From NCBI GenBank assembly GCA_001818155.1, contig MHJU01000005.1, positions 11,805-75,804 of the forward strand: a stretch of DNA of 64,000 nt. Direction: 5' to 3'. The position numbers were made by a program, and so were the translations under genes. The DNA comes from Candidatus Jacksonbacteria bacterium RIFCSPLOWO2_02_FULL_44_20. Lineage in GTDB: Bacteria > Patescibacteriota > Patescibacteriia > UBA9629. The notes below the pieces were generated by a model. It ran no database searches and was not told where the DNA came from. It worked only from the letters and a program-made list of their open reading frames with translations. This document shows, piece after piece, positions 36,553-46,917 of the stretch; position 1 is the first letter of the stretch; each line of letters begins with the position of its first letter.

Positions 36553-39096
36553 CTATGATTTCACATATTTTTTCAGATACTTCCCGGTTAAACTTTTCTC
36601 ATTTTGCGCCACGTCCTCTGGGGTCCCGGTTGCGATTACCTGCCCGCCGTTTATTCCACCTCCTGGCCCTAAATCAATAATATAATCCGCTGTTTTAATA
36701 ACATCCATATTATGCTCAATCACCACAACTGTACTCCCCTGCAAGACAATTTTTTGGAGTACTGTCAATAATTGACGGACGTCGTCAAAGTGCAAACCTG
36801 TTGTCGGCTCATCGAACAAATATAGTGTTCGCTCCCCTGCTCGCCGTGAAAGTTCTTTAGAAAGCTTAACGCGTTGCGCCTCTCCGCCAGAGAGAGTGTT
36901 TGCTGGCTGTCCGAGTTCAAGATATCCTAAACCCACTTCCCGCAATGTCTTCAAGCGGTCTCCAATGGTCGGAATATCCTTAAAAAATTCATGAGAGTCT
37001 TCAACTGTCATAGCAAGCACCTCGGCAATGTTTTTCTTTTTATAGTGAACTTCCAATGTTTCGCGATTAAAACGTTTGCCTTTACAAATGTCGCACGTTA
37101 TGTAAACAGTCGGAAGAAAGTGCATTTCAATCGCAAGATAACCATAACCTCGGCAATTTTCACACCTACCGCCGTTGATATTAAAAGAAAATCGCCCTGG
37201 TTTATAATTTCTGAATCTGGCTTCAGTTGTTGCAGAAAATAGATCTCGTATATGTCCAAACGCGCCGGTATAGGTCGCCGGGTTTGATCTTGGAGTTCTG
37301 CCGATCGGGGACTGATCAATCAAAACGGCGCGGTTTAGATATTCTACGCCATTGATCTCTTTTACATTTTCCTCGGTGTTTTTAATGCGGTTTAAGCGCC
37401 GAACAATATTTGTGTACAGAACATCATATAGAAGCGAACTCTTGCCAGAACCTGAAACGCCGGTAACACAGACAAAACGCCGGAGCGGAATTTCAACAGT
37501 GATATTTTTGAGATTATTCGCCCGCGCGCCGATGATAGTCAGCCTATCAAGATTATTTTTTCTTCTCTGTGTAGGCACTGGAATCGCTTTTTCTCCACGA
37601 AGATATGAACATGTAAGAGATTTTTTATTCTTTAAAATTTCCGGCATATCGCCAAAGCATACAATTTCTCCTCCTTGTTTTCCTGCTCCTGGTCCGAAAT
37701 CAACGAGATAATCGCTTTCCCGAATCGTGTCTTCGTCGTGCTCAACCACAATAATCGTGTTTCCGATATCGCGCAAGTGTTTCAAAGTTTCCACAAGCCG
37801 GGCATTGTCATGCTGATGAAGTCCGATTGTCGGCTCATCAAGAACATAAAGCGCGCCTACGAGATGTGAGCCTACTTGAGAGGCAAGCCTTATTCGCTGT
37901 GCCTCGCCACCGGAAAGAGTGCCTGCTCTACGGTTTAAGGTTAAGTATTCCAGTCCGACGTCCATCATAAACTGAAGCCGATTTAGCACCTCTTTCATGA
38001 TTGATTTTGAAATATCCTTTTGCCGCGTTGAAAGTTTGAGAGTAAGAAAGAAATCCGTGGTCTCTTCAATCGTCATTTCCGAGAGTTCAACGATATTTTT
38101 ACGATTTATGAGCACTGAAAGGGCCTCGCCACGGAGCCGTTTGCCAGAGCAGACAGAGCATGAAATTTCAGAAAAAAGAGACTCTGTTCCCAAACCGTGG
38201 CAAGTTTCGCACGCGCCATAAGGGCTGTTAAAACTAAACAGGCGCGGCTCAATCTCGGGAAAGCTGAATCTACATGAAGGACAGCTAAAAGTGGAGGAAA
38301 ATGTGTGTTCAACTCCATCTTCAAACTGCACTGTGATGGCGCCGTTTCCATAATCAAGAGCTGTTTCAATTGCCTCGCTCAACCTCTCGCGTTTATCGCG
38401 TTCCTCATGCGCTGATGCGCTTTGCTCGTCTTTTGGGAAATCGTTTTTATAAAGAGTGTCAACCGCAAGTTCAATAGTGTGGCGTTTTTTGGGATCAATC
38501 TCAATTTTATTTGAGAGCAGTCGCAATATCCCATCAACGCGCACTTTCATAAAACCAGAATTATACATATTGTAGAGCATCTGATAGTATTCCCCTTTTC
38601 GCCCGCGCACAATCGGAGCAAAAATTACGACTGCCTGATCTTTTTTAGAATGTTTGACATCTTTTTGAGTTAAAAGAATCGCATCAGCTATTTCGTCGGT
38701 TGTCATTTTTTGAATTCGATTTCCGCACTTTGGACAGTTGGGCTCTCCGATGCGCGCAAAGAGCACGCGCAGATAGTCGTAAATTTCAGTGATAGTTGCG
38801 ACTGTTGAGCGAGGATTTGCGCTGTGGGCTTTTTGATCAATAGAAATCGCGGGCGACAATCCTTCTATTTCATCCACGTCCGGCTTTTGCATTTGTCCTA
38901 GAAATTGCCGCGCATAAGCAGAAAGCGATTCCACATAACGTCTCTGCCCCTCGGCAAAAATCGTATCAAAAGCAAGCGAGGATTTTCCGCTTCCGGAAAC
39001 GCCTGTAAACACCGTCATTTTATTGCGGGGTATTTCTAATGATATGTTTTTTAAGTTATGCTCCCGCGCGCCTTTGATAGTGATGGCATCTATCAT
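36553..39096 (-). CDS. uvrA: Excinuclease ABC subunit A
   Basis: Two GVSGSGKSSL, two LSGGEAQR, DEPT motifs, zinc fingers. Confidence 0.98.
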   Translation of the reverse strand: MIDAITIKGAREHNLKNISLEIPRNKMTVFTGVSGSGKSSLAFDTIFAEGQRRYVESLSAYARQFLGQMQKPDVDEIEGLSPAISIDQKAHSANPRSTVATITEIYDYLRVLFARIGEPNCPKCGNRIQKMTTDEIADAILLTQKDVKHSKKDQAVVIFAPIVRGRKGEYYQMLYNMYNSGFMKVRVDGILRLLSNKIEIDPKKRHTIELAVDTLYKNDFPKDEQSASAHEERDKRERLSEAIETALDYGNGAITVQFEDGVEHTFSSTFSCPSCRFSFPEIEPRLFSFNSPYGACETCHGLGTESLFSEISCSVCSGKRLRGEALSVLINRKNIVELSEMTIEETTDFFLTLKLSTRQKDISKSIMKEVLNRLQFMMDVGLEYLTLNRRAGTLSGGEAQRIRLASQVGSHLVGALYVLDEPTIGLHQHDNARLVETLKHLRDIGNTIIVVEHDEDTIRESDYLVDFGPGAGKQGGEIVCFGDMPEILKNKKSLTCSYLRGEKAIPVPTQRRKNNLDRLTIIGARANNLKNITVEIPLRRFVCVTGVSGSGKSSLLYDVLYTNIVRRLNRIKNTEENVKEINGVEYLNRAVLIDQSPIGRTPRSNPATYTGAFGHIRDLFSATTEARFRNYKPGRFSFNINGGRCENCRGYGYLAIEMHFLPTVYITCDICKGKRFNRETLEVHYKKKNIAEVLAMTVEDSHEFFKDIPTIGDRLKTLREVGLGYLELGQPANTLSGGEAQRVKLSKELSRRAGERTLYLFDEPTTGLHFDDVRQLLTVLQKIVLQGSTVVVIEHNMDVIKTADYIIDLGPGGGINGGQVIATGTPEDVAQNEKSLTGKYLKKYVKS

Positions 39097-41096
39097 GTAT
39101 GTTTTTGGTTCAGAGATTTTTTTAACATTTTCACCTCATCCCGCAAAACCGTTGCGAGTTCAAATTCTAAACGTTTCGCGGCAAAGCGCATCTCGCGCTC
39201 TTTCTCCGCGATGATTTTTTCAACTTTTGCGATCGGAGCCGCCTTTAATTCTAAATCCAAAATCTCTTTAACATCCTTCTCTTTAATTCCCCAAATTTTC
39301 GTGATATCACGAATTTCTTTTTTAATCGTCTGCGGCGTGATGCCGTGTTTTTTATTATAAGCGAGCTGTTTTTCTCTTCGGCGATTCGTTTCATCCACTG
39401 CGCGTTTTATTGAGCCTGTAATAACATCTGCATATAAAATAACTTTTCCTTGAACATTGCGCGCGGCTCGGCCTATTGTTTGGATAAGCGATGTTTCGGA
39501 GCGCAAAAATCCTTCTTTATCAGCGTCTAGAATTGCCACAAGCGTAACTTCCGGCAAATCAAGGCCTTCGCGGAGCAGGTTTACCCCAACCAAACAATCA
39601 AAGACGCCTTTTCTAAAATCAGTAAGAATGCGGATACGATCAAGCGTTTTTATATCGCTATGCAGATACCGTGTTTTAATACCTCGTTCAACTAAATACG
39701 AGGTTAAGTCCTCTGCCATTTTTTTGGTAAGTGTAGTTACAAGCACGCGTTCGCGTTTTTTCGCGCGCGTTGCAATTTCGCCGATCACGTCTTCAACCTG
39801 GCTCCAATTTTTGTTCGTCTCAACAATCGGCCGCACTTCAACTTCCGGATCCACTAATCCAGTTGGCCGAATAATTTGCTCTACTACTTCCGATGATATG
39901 CGAAGCTCGTACTCGCTTGGAGTTGCTGAAATAAAGATACATTGATTGATGCGCGCGGTAAATTCCGCAAACATGAGCGGACGGTTGTCGCGCGCGCTTG
40001 GCAGGCGAAAACCGTGTTCAATAAGAGTATTTTTGCGGGACTTATCTCCTTCATACATTCCGCGAAGTTGAGGAGTTGTTACATGAGATTCATCTATAAT
40101 AAGGAGAAAATCCTTTGGAAAATATGAGAATAAAGTCGCGGGCGGCTTTCCGGAAGCTCGGCCGTCAAAATGGCGCGAGTAATTTTCAATTCCAGAGCAG
40201 TAGCCAATCTCCCGCATCATCTCAAGATCATAGTTTGTGCGCCTTTCCAGCCGCTCCTCTTCAAGAAGAAGCCCGTGTTTTTTGAAATACACGAGGCGTT
40301 CTTTCAGTTCCTTGCGAATTGTTTTGATTGCTTTCAGTTTTTCCGGTTCAAGTGTTACAAAGTGGCGGGCAGGAAACATTATAAGATCCGCGCGTTCACA
40401 TATTCGTTTTTGGCTGATCGGATCTATCTCAAGAATTCCTGCGATGAGATTTTTATTTAGTTCAATGCGGTAAATAACCTCGCCTTTTACCGGCATTATT
40501 TCAAGGATCGGTCCTCGTGCCCGGAATTTTCCTCGTTCAATGGCGCCGCTTGTTCGCGTGAACCCTAACGTAATCAGTTTTCGCATCAAAATGCTTCGTC
40601 CACATAGCGCGTCTTTTTTAATATAAATTACCTCTTTTTCGTAATTCTTGGGAGATCCAAGTCCGTATAAGCATGAAACCGATGCGACGACAATCACGTC
40701 GCGCCTTGAGAGAAGTGATTGGGTTGTTGAGTGGCGCAGGCGATCAATCTCATCATTGATTTGAGCCTCTTTTTCTATGTATGTGTCTGTTCTCGGCAGA
40801 TATGCCTCTGGTTGATAATAATCGTAATAGGAAACAAAATATTCAACTGCATTTTTTGGAAAAAATTCTCGGAATTCATTGCACAGTTGCGCGGCAAGCG
40901 TTTTGTTATGAGCGATTACAAGTGTCGGCTTTTGAACATTTTGTATAACGTTTGCAATCGTAAAAGTTTTTCCTGATCCAGTAACCCCAAGAAGAGTTTG
41001 GTATTTTAGCTTTTTTGAAAGACCTTGAACTAACTTTTTAATCGCTTTTGGTTGATCGCCGGCTGGTTCTAAATGCGTTGCGAGTTTGAATGGCAT
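39093..41096 (-). CDS. uvrB: Excinuclease ABC subunit B
   Basis: True start ATG 41096 (MPFKL); GDQP, GVTGSGKT, YYDYYQPEAY, DESH, QTIGRAARN. Confidence 0.98.
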   Translation of the reverse strand: MPFKLATHLEPAGDQPKAIKKLVQGLSKKLKYQTLLGVTGSGKTFTIANVIQNVQKPTLVIAHNKTLAAQLCNEFREFFPKNAVEYFVSYYDYYQPEAYLPRTDTYIEKEAQINDEIDRLRHSTTQSLLSRRDVIVVASVSCLYGLGSPKNYEKEVIYIKKDALCGRSILMRKLITLGFTRTSGAIERGKFRARGPILEIMPVKGEVIYRIELNKNLIAGILEIDPISQKRICERADLIMFPARHFVTLEPEKLKAIKTIRKELKERLVYFKKHGLLLEEERLERRTNYDLEMMREIGYCSGIENYSRHFDGRASGKPPATLFSYFPKDFLLIIDESHVTTPQLRGMYEGDKSRKNTLIEHGFRLPSARDNRPLMFAEFTARINQCIFISATPSEYELRISSEVVEQIIRPTGLVDPEVEVRPIVETNKNWSQVEDVIGEIATRAKKRERVLVTTLTKKMAEDLTSYLVERGIKTRYLHSDIKTLDRIRILTDFRKGVFDCLVGVNLLREGLDLPEVTLVAILDADKEGFLRSETSLIQTIGRAARNVQGKVILYADVITGSIKRAVDETNRRREKQLAYNKKHGITPQTIKKEIRDITKIWGIKEKDVKEILDLELKAAPIAKVEKIIAEKEREMRFAAKRLEFELATVLRDEVKMLKKSLNQKHT

Positions 41097-41146
41097 AAAA
41101 TTTTTGACATTGCGATATTTTTTGACAAAAAACTCCCTTTTGTAAA

Positions 41147-41166
41147 CCTGCCTGACGGCAGTCAGG
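41147..41166. repeat. Dispersed 20-bp imperfect palindrome, copy 2 (CCTGCCTGACGGCAGTCAGG)
   Basis: Lies 1 nt beyond the tRNA-Tyr CCA end. Confidence 0.85.
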
Positions 41167-41167
41167 T

Positions 41168-41255
41168 TGGTGGGCCGGGAGGGATTCGAACCCCCGAAGG
41201 CGTGAAAGCCAACTGGTTTACAGCCAGTCCCATTTGTCCGCTTTGGTACCGACCC
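41168..41255 (-). tRNA. tRNA-Tyr (GTA)
   Basis: GGGTCGG...ACTGG-CTGTAAA-CCAGT, long variable arm, GGTTCGAATCC, CCGGCCCACCA. Confidence 0.96.
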
Positions 41256-41257
41256 TA

Positions 41258-41333
41258 TGGAGCCCACGCGCGGATTTGAACCGCGGACCTACTCCTTACC
41301 ATGGAGTTGCTCTACCAACTGAGCTACGTGGGC
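41258..41333 (-). tRNA. tRNA-Thr (GGT)
   Basis: GCCCACG-TAGCTCAGTTGGTAGAGC, ACTCC-ATGGTAA-GGAGT, GGTTCAAATCC, CGTGGGCTCCA. Confidence 0.96.
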
Positions 41334-41343
41334 AAAACATTTT

Positions 41344-42144
41344 TTATCCAACCCCCTTCAACTCTTGGAGTAATTGATCCAATCCTTCATTGGCAGGATT
41401 ATTTTTCTTGAGTTTGAGATAGTATTTCCAACCAAGCTCTTTTTGTTTCGCCATAATGCATATTTTTGTGATAAAATGAAGCATCTTTGGGTTTGAAGGC
41501 TCCAACGTTACAGCTTTCTTGGCGTTTTGTAAAGCATCTTCCACTTTTTCTAATTTAAGTTTGGTTTCTGCAAGTTGAAGATAATGAGACGCAGAGACAT
41601 TTTTTAATCGTTGCGCAAGTTTTACTACGTGCTCCCATGTAGCTTCGGCATGGAGAAAATTTTTACTTTTCAGATAAATCTCGGCAAGAAGTTTATAAGC
41701 ACGGAGCGATTTAGGATTTTCTTTAATGACATGCAGGGCCGCTTTTTCCGCATCCTCAAATTTGTCCGTATTCAGCAATTCCTTGGCCTCAAGAAGTTTT
41801 GCTTCGTCTTCCTCGCCAAAAGGAAGGTCATCCGCGCTGTTTTTCTGTTTTGTAAATTTTTTCCAGTATGCGTTTTTTATATCCTGTAAATTTTTGTAGT
41901 ATTGACGCAATTCTCCGGGTAAACGCGCGGCAGATTTAATGCTTGGAATACGCCGAGAAATTTTTGAAATCGCAAGCTGAAATTTTCGTTTGAGCCGTTC
42001 TTCAAGGAGAAAACGTTTTTTGTGTTTTTCGCGCAGGACTTCCTCAAATTTAATTTCACGCAAAATCGGCATTTTTTTTGCGATAATAAGGGCAATAAGG
42101 GCCAATGAAGAGATAAAAATTATAAATGCGATAATATTAAGCAT
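41344..42144 (-). CDS. Membrane-anchored tetratricopeptide-repeat protein
   Basis: N-terminal TM; TPR-like units (ENPKSLRAYKLLAEIY, AKKAVTLEPSNP). Confidence 0.8.
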   Translation of the reverse strand: MLNIIAFIIFISSLALIALIIAKKMPILREIKFEEVLREKHKKRFLLEERLKRKFQLAISKISRRIPSIKSAARLPGELRQYYKNLQDIKNAYWKKFTKQKNSADDLPFGEEDEAKLLEAKELLNTDKFEDAEKAALHVIKENPKSLRAYKLLAEIYLKSKNFLHAEATWEHVVKLAQRLKNVSASHYLQLAETKLKLEKVEDALQNAKKAVTLEPSNPKMLHFITKICIMAKQKELGWKYYLKLKKNNPANEGLDQLLQELKGVG

Positions 42145-42898
42145 ATAATTGCATGGCAGTTAAAATTTTATTGAATTCCTTTGCTTTTATGCTAGAGCTT
42201 CCAATAAGGGCTCCTTGAATCTCATTTTCTTCGCAAAACTCGTTTATATTTTCGCTGTCAACGCTTCCTCCGTATAGAATCGCGGTATTTTCTTCGCAAA
42301 CCGCGCGCGGAAATGTGTCAATGAGAGCTTGGTGAATCACCCTTAGCATATACAGCACTTCAGACACTTTTGCGGCGTGCCCTGTTCCTATGGCCCATAC
42401 AGGTTCATAGGCAATAATTAATTTTTGATTCCCAACTAGTTCAACTTTTTCCAGAGCAGTTTCTATCTGCCGCCGCACAATATGATCTTTCGCGCCGCTT
42501 CTTCGTTCTTCCATTGATTCGCCGACGCATAAAATTGGAACCAGCATCTCGTCAATCACAGAGCGAACTTTTTTATTTATATTTTCCGGAGTTTCAAAAA
42601 GATATATTCGCCGTTCAGAGTGCCCGATTATGACATGGCTACACCCGAGGGATTTGAGATACGCAGGCGAGGTTTCTCCTGTATATGCCCCTGAATTTTC
42701 CCAAAAACAATTCTGCGATGCGAGCAGTATAGGCGTGTTTTTCAGCGTTAAACTTATGCGCTCCATACTTAAAAAACTTGGCGCCAGTATCAAGGAAAGT
42801 TTCGTTGAAGAAAACGTCATTTGCGCAATTTCTTTTGCAAGCGCAAATTCATCGCGCGGCGCAAGTTTCATTTTCCAATTGGCAATCAGGTATTTCAT
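42137..42898 (-). CDS. tpiA: Triosephosphate isomerase
   Basis: ANWKM, GAYTGE, GHSERR, AYEPVWAIGTG, YGGSV. Confidence 0.98.
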   Translation of the reverse strand: MKYLIANWKMKLAPRDEFALAKEIAQMTFSSTKLSLILAPSFLSMERISLTLKNTPILLASQNCFWENSGAYTGETSPAYLKSLGCSHVIIGHSERRIYLFETPENINKKVRSVIDEMLVPILCVGESMEERRSGAKDHIVRRQIETALEKVELVGNQKLIIAYEPVWAIGTGHAAKVSEVLYMLRVIHQALIDTFPRAVCEENTAILYGGSVDSENINEFCEENEIQGALIGSSSIKAKEFNKILTAMQLYA

Positions 42899-42927
42899 GG
42901 TATTTTCAATTATAGAAGTCTATCACA

Positions 42928-43803
42928 TCACTCAAAATTCTCAAATATCCAATACGCGAGCGATTTGGCGTCCTGAAATCTATCTTCTGATGTTTGCGCG
43001 CCAAGGATCGCAACAATAATGTTTTTGCCGTTTTTATTTTTAGCTTGAAATACAAGGCAGTATCCGGCGGCGTCAGTGTGCCCGGTTTTTCCTGCGGTAA
43101 TAGTGAAAAGATCAGTTGTCAGAAGATCGTTTGTAGTTATTATGCGGCGCTCTTTAGTTTTATTGCCGTTTAAAAGGTAAAAAGAATATCCCTCTTTTGT
43201 TGTCGTAGTTTGTAAAAATTCGTTTTTGAATATCTCGCGAGCAAGGAGAGCGATTTCAAAAGCGGTTGATACGTTTCCTGAATCCAGTCCCGACGGTTCA
43301 ATAAGGCGCGTGTTTTTAAGCTCTAGTTGTGTTGCGAGTTTTTGCGTTTCTGTAGCGTAGGAATCCATAAAACCGCCAGCGCGAGCAAGAGAGATAGCGG
43401 CGCTGTTGTCGGAAGAAACGAGCGTAAGATGTAAAAAATCGCGCGCAGTCGCTATTTCACCGCGATAAATGTGCGATTGACCTCCAGAACGCGCATCTCC
43501 GTCTTCCATAGTTATCTCACGCGCGAGATTATTTCCGGATACTGTAAGATATATATAACTTGTGATTAATTTTGTAATGCTCGCGATTTGCCGCGTTTGA
43601 TTGCCATTTTTATTAAATAGAACACGGCCGGTTTCTCCATCAAGCGCAAGAGCAGACGGCGCATCCAATATAGGCTCAATCGCATAAGTGTTTATTTTTG
43701 TGAATCCCGGCGTTTCAAAATGCCGTGCGCCATACACTGCGCCCTGTCCTTGCGGAAGCGAAAAATTTGATATAAAAAGTGTGAGCAGAATTTTTGTCAA
43801 CAT
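42928..43803 (-). CDS. Peptidase S11 D-alanyl-D-alanine carboxy/endopeptidase
   Basis: ASITK, SDN, EPSGL, GKTG.T.AAG.C. Confidence 0.92.
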   Translation of the reverse strand: MLTKILLTLFISNFSLPQGQGAVYGARHFETPGFTKINTYAIEPILDAPSALALDGETGRVLFNKNGNQTRQIASITKLITSYIYLTVSGNNLAREITMEDGDARSGGQSHIYRGEIATARDFLHLTLVSSDNSAAISLARAGGFMDSYATETQKLATQLELKNTRLIEPSGLDSGNVSTAFEIALLAREIFKNEFLQTTTTKEGYSFYLLNGNKTKERRIITTNDLLTTDLFTITAGKTGHTDAAGYCLVFQAKNKNGKNIIVAILGAQTSEDRFQDAKSLAYWIFENFE

Positions 43804-43816
43804 ATTTTTATTCTCG

Positions 43817-43836
43817 CCTGACTGCCGTTAGGCAGG
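43817..43836. repeat. Dispersed 20-bp imperfect palindrome, copy 3 (CCTGACTGCCGTTAGGCAGG)
   Basis: Overlaps the scpB stop codon. Confidence 0.85.
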
Positions 43837-44346
43837 CATAGACGTTATTTTCTGGTTTAATTCATAATATTCGGGAAGTTGCTGGACGCGTTCTACGCCA
43901 AGCCCTCTTAAGAAGGTCGTGCTGATATTATAGGTTTGATGCGGAGAAGCGGAAAATTCTTCAACAAGACCCGCAATTGTAAGATTTTTTAGAATAACAG
44001 CACAATTGACTCCGCGAATATCCTCAAGCTCCGCTCTTGTCAAGGGCCCTCGATAAGAAAGAATCGCAAGAGTGTCAATTTGCGCCTGCGTGAGCGCAGT
44101 CTCCTCATCTTTAATAAACTTTTGCATAACAGTTGCATGCTCTGGGGAGGTTGTGAGTTCTGCGCTTTTTCCGTTTGTTGCAATACGTATGCCGCGGCTG
44201 TTTTCCTCGTACTCTTTTTGGAGCGAGTTTATTGTGTCTGCCGCTTCTTGCGTTGAAACGCCGGTTAAGTGCGCGATTGCGGAAAATGTTATGGGTTCTC
44301 CGGATCCGGCGAGGATCGCTTCAATTTTGCTCTTCTGATGATGCAT
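43828..44346 (-). CDS. scpB: SMC-Scp complex subunit ScpB
   Basis: Start ATG 44346; IEAIL, TLAILSY.GP.TRAELEDIRGVN. Confidence 0.93.
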   Translation of the reverse strand: MHHQKSKIEAILAGSGEPITFSAIAHLTGVSTQEAADTINSLQKEYEENSRGIRIATNGKSAELTTSPEHATVMQKFIKDEETALTQAQIDTLAILSYRGPLTRAELEDIRGVNCAVILKNLTIAGLVEEFSASPHQTYNISTTFLRGLGVERVQQLPEYYELNQKITSMPA

Positions 44347-45037
44347 AAAATTTTTCAATGGTAATTTCTCCCCATGCGGACTGTTGGCGAATAAAAATCG
44401 CGCGGGATTTTGCAAGTTCAAGAAGCGCGAGAAAATTTATAATAATCTCATGTTTATACCCGTTTTCTACTAGTTCCGAAAAGAGCGCGCGTTTTGCACT
44501 TTTAAGATATTTTTGAATCGTTGCTATGCGTTCATGGAGGTTAAAAATTCGCCGCGCAATGATTCTTGGCGGAAAATTAATTTTCGCGATTTTGCTGACA
44601 ATGCGCGCAAACGCGCTGTGGATTATTTTTTTGGAAATATTTATTTCATTTTTGTTCGTTAAGGTTGCGCGAAAATTTGCGCTAATACGCGCAGTATACA
44701 GGGTATTTTTTCGTTTAGTCCAAATACTGTTCAGTTTTATAGCAATCGCGCGATATTCGCGATATTGCTTCAAATGCGCGACAAGATCATCCGCATTTTC
44801 ATCCTCATTCTCAAGATGCGGGAGCAAAAGTCTGGTTTTCAATACAACAAGACGGCTACCGATTTCCAAAAAATGAAGCATCGTTTCAAGAGGCGTTTCA
44901 GGGTTTTGACTTATGTAAATTAAGTACTGATCTGCAACTCGCGCGAGTGAAATCGTGGAAATTTCAATTTTTTCCTCTTCAATTAATGAAAGCAGAAGAT
45001 CCAGCGGACCGTCAAATTGTTCTAGTTCAATATGCAC
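44321..45037 (-). CDS. scpA: Segregation/condensation protein A
   Basis: FDGPLDLLLSLI, K.RLLLP, FLALLEL. Confidence 0.95.
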   Translation of the reverse strand: MHIELEQFDGPLDLLLSLIEEEKIEISTISLARVADQYLIYISQNPETPLETMLHFLEIGSRLVVLKTRLLLPHLENEDENADDLVAHLKQYREYRAIAIKLNSIWTKRKNTLYTARISANFRATLTNKNEINISKKIIHSAFARIVSKIAKINFPPRIIARRIFNLHERIATIQKYLKSAKRALFSELVENGYKHEIIINFLALLELAKSRAIFIRQQSAWGEITIEKFYASSEEQN

Positions 45038-45038
45038 T

Positions 45039-46190
45039 TCAGGAAGTAAAAATTCCCTTTACTTTTTCTAAAATTTCAAATCGCATGAGATCGCGGGCAG
45101 TAACTAAAATTGTCAAAAAAATCAGCAACCAAAATCCAATCAAATGCACCCATGTTTCCGTATTAATTGATACGGATTTTCCTTTAAATTTTTCAATAAT
45201 CACAAATAAAACGCGCCCGCCATCAAGCGCGGGGAGCGGGAGGATATTAATAATTGCAAGATTTAACGAGAGAAGAGCTACAAATTGAATAATATAAATG
45301 AAGCCGAGTTCCGCGGCGCGTCCGGAAAGAGCGGCTATCATAACAGGCCCGCCGATGTTTGTGCTGACGCTACGAGTTAAAACAAGATCCTGAATAAGAT
45401 GAAAAAATCCGGTTACAATTTTTCCGCTTGTCGTCGCGATAGTTTCCGCGCTTTTGTAGAGCGCTATATGCATCGGATAACGAATAATGCCGACTGATCC
45501 AAGCGCAACGCCCACTCCGATTTTTTTTGTCTCCGATTCAGTATCGCCAGCTTCATTTCCAATATGAAAGGTTACGAGTTCTGGCGTCAGGTCTTTGGTG
45601 AAAATCTCTTTTCCGCGACGTAACTGAATCAGCACAGGCTTTCCTTCTTTGTCCGAGATAAATGATTGCAATTTTTCAAGTTCGCTAAATGGCGTCTCGT
45701 TTACTGTTATAATACTGTCGCCTGCTTTTATTCCTGCGCGACCAGCCGGGCCTTTTGGTTCAACATATAGAATTGAAATATATTTTTCTTTGATGAATTT
45801 TTCCGGAATTTTTGTGTCGGTTAAATCGCGGGGAAATCCAACTATGTATCCAACTGAAAAAAGAACCAGCGCTAATATAAGATTCATGAAAACGCCGGAA
45901 ACAAGAATCACCATGCGTTTCCAAGGCGCTTGATGCGAAAAACTGTCGGGATGATCTTTTGATTCTCCATCCTGACCTTTTAAGTTTACAAATCCTCCGA
46001 TCGGGAGCCAATTAAGAGTCCATTTTACTCCGTCTTTTGAGGTATGTAAGAGCGAAGCGCGCGGCGGAAATCCGATGCCAAACTCTAAAACACGCACGCC
46101 GAAATATTTTGCGCTGACAAAATGACCGAACTCGTGAACAACGACAAGAACAGAGAGAATGATAAGAAAAGCAATTATAGTAAGTAACAT
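45039..46190 (-). CDS. rseP: RIP metalloprotease RseP
   Basis: Start ATG 46190; HEFGH, GVFMN, one PDZ domain, NILPLPALDGG. Confidence 0.95.
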   Translation of the reverse strand: MLLTIIAFLIILSVLVVVHEFGHFVSAKYFGVRVLEFGIGFPPRASLLHTSKDGVKWTLNWLPIGGFVNLKGQDGESKDHPDSFSHQAPWKRMVILVSGVFMNLILALVLFSVGYIVGFPRDLTDTKIPEKFIKEKYISILYVEPKGPAGRAGIKAGDSIITVNETPFSELEKLQSFISDKEGKPVLIQLRRGKEIFTKDLTPELVTFHIGNEAGDTESETKKIGVGVALGSVGIIRYPMHIALYKSAETIATTSGKIVTGFFHLIQDLVLTRSVSTNIGGPVMIAALSGRAAELGFIYIIQFVALLSLNLAIINILPLPALDGGRVLFVIIEKFKGKSVSINTETWVHLIGFWLLIFLTILVTARDLMRFEILEKVKGIFTS

Positions 46191-46228
46191 AGGCGAATGA
46201 CGTATTGTAATTTTTGCGCGGAAATCTT

Positions 46229-46909
46229 TCAGGGTTGAATTTTTATTCCAGGTCCCATTGTTGAACACACTGTGATCCTTTGGATAAACGATCCTTTAAC
46301 TCCTTTTGGCCGCAGTTTCCTAATCTCTCCTAAGAATACCAGTATATTTTCCTCAAGTTTTTTGGCTTCCCAGCTGACCTTGCCGACTATTTGATGGATA
46401 TTGCCCGAATCATCGTTTCTAAACGTAATCTGCCCTCCATGTAATTTTTTTATTGCCGCCGCCGCCTCGGTAACAGCGGTTCCATTTTTTGGAGAAGGCA
46501 TAATCCCTTTCACTCCAAGCACCTTCGCGATTTTTGTGAGTTCTTTCATGAAATCCGTTGTGGCAACAGCAATGTCAAAATTAATTTTTTGCGATTTAGC
46601 GATTTCTTCAACTAATTCTTTCCCGCCGACAATAAAGGCTCCAGCGGTTTTTGCCTCTTTCTGTTGTGATTCAGTAAAGGCGGCGATACGCAATGTTTTC
46701 CCGGTGCCGTGCGGAAGCGTTGTGAGTCCGCGAACAGTTTGATCTGATTTTTTTGGATCAATACCAAGCTTTATATGCGCTTCAACTGATTCGTCAAAAC
46801 GCGCTCCAGTGAGTTCCTTTAAGAGCGCTATTGCCTCTGCGATAGGGTAAACCCCTTTTGCTTCTGTTTTTGCAAGAGCCGCGCGGAAACGTTTGGATTT
46901 TTGGGACAT
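46229..46909 (-). CDS. rplA: 50S ribosomal protein L1
   Basis: FDESVE, DQTVRG...LPHGTGK, LG.KG.MP.PK.GT, STMGPG. Confidence 0.97.
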   Translation of the reverse strand: MSQKSKRFRAALAKTEAKGVYPIAEAIALLKELTGARFDESVEAHIKLGIDPKKSDQTVRGLTTLPHGTGKTLRIAAFTESQQKEAKTAGAFIVGGKELVEEIAKSQKINFDIAVATTDFMKELTKIAKVLGVKGIMPSPKNGTAVTEAAAAIKKLHGGQITFRNDDSGNIHQIVGKVSWEAKKLEENILVFLGEIRKLRPKGVKGSFIQRITVCSTMGPGIKIQP

Positions 46910-46917
46910 AAATTTAC

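Noticed and set aside
41097-41267. 57-aa N-terminal extension of UvrB in the ORF track
   Set aside because: It runs through tRNA-Tyr; the real start is ATG 41096.
41147-41343. tRNA pair as the attachment site of an integrated element
   Set aside because: No integrase and no duplicated tRNA 3' end seen; both flanks are housekeeping-type genes.
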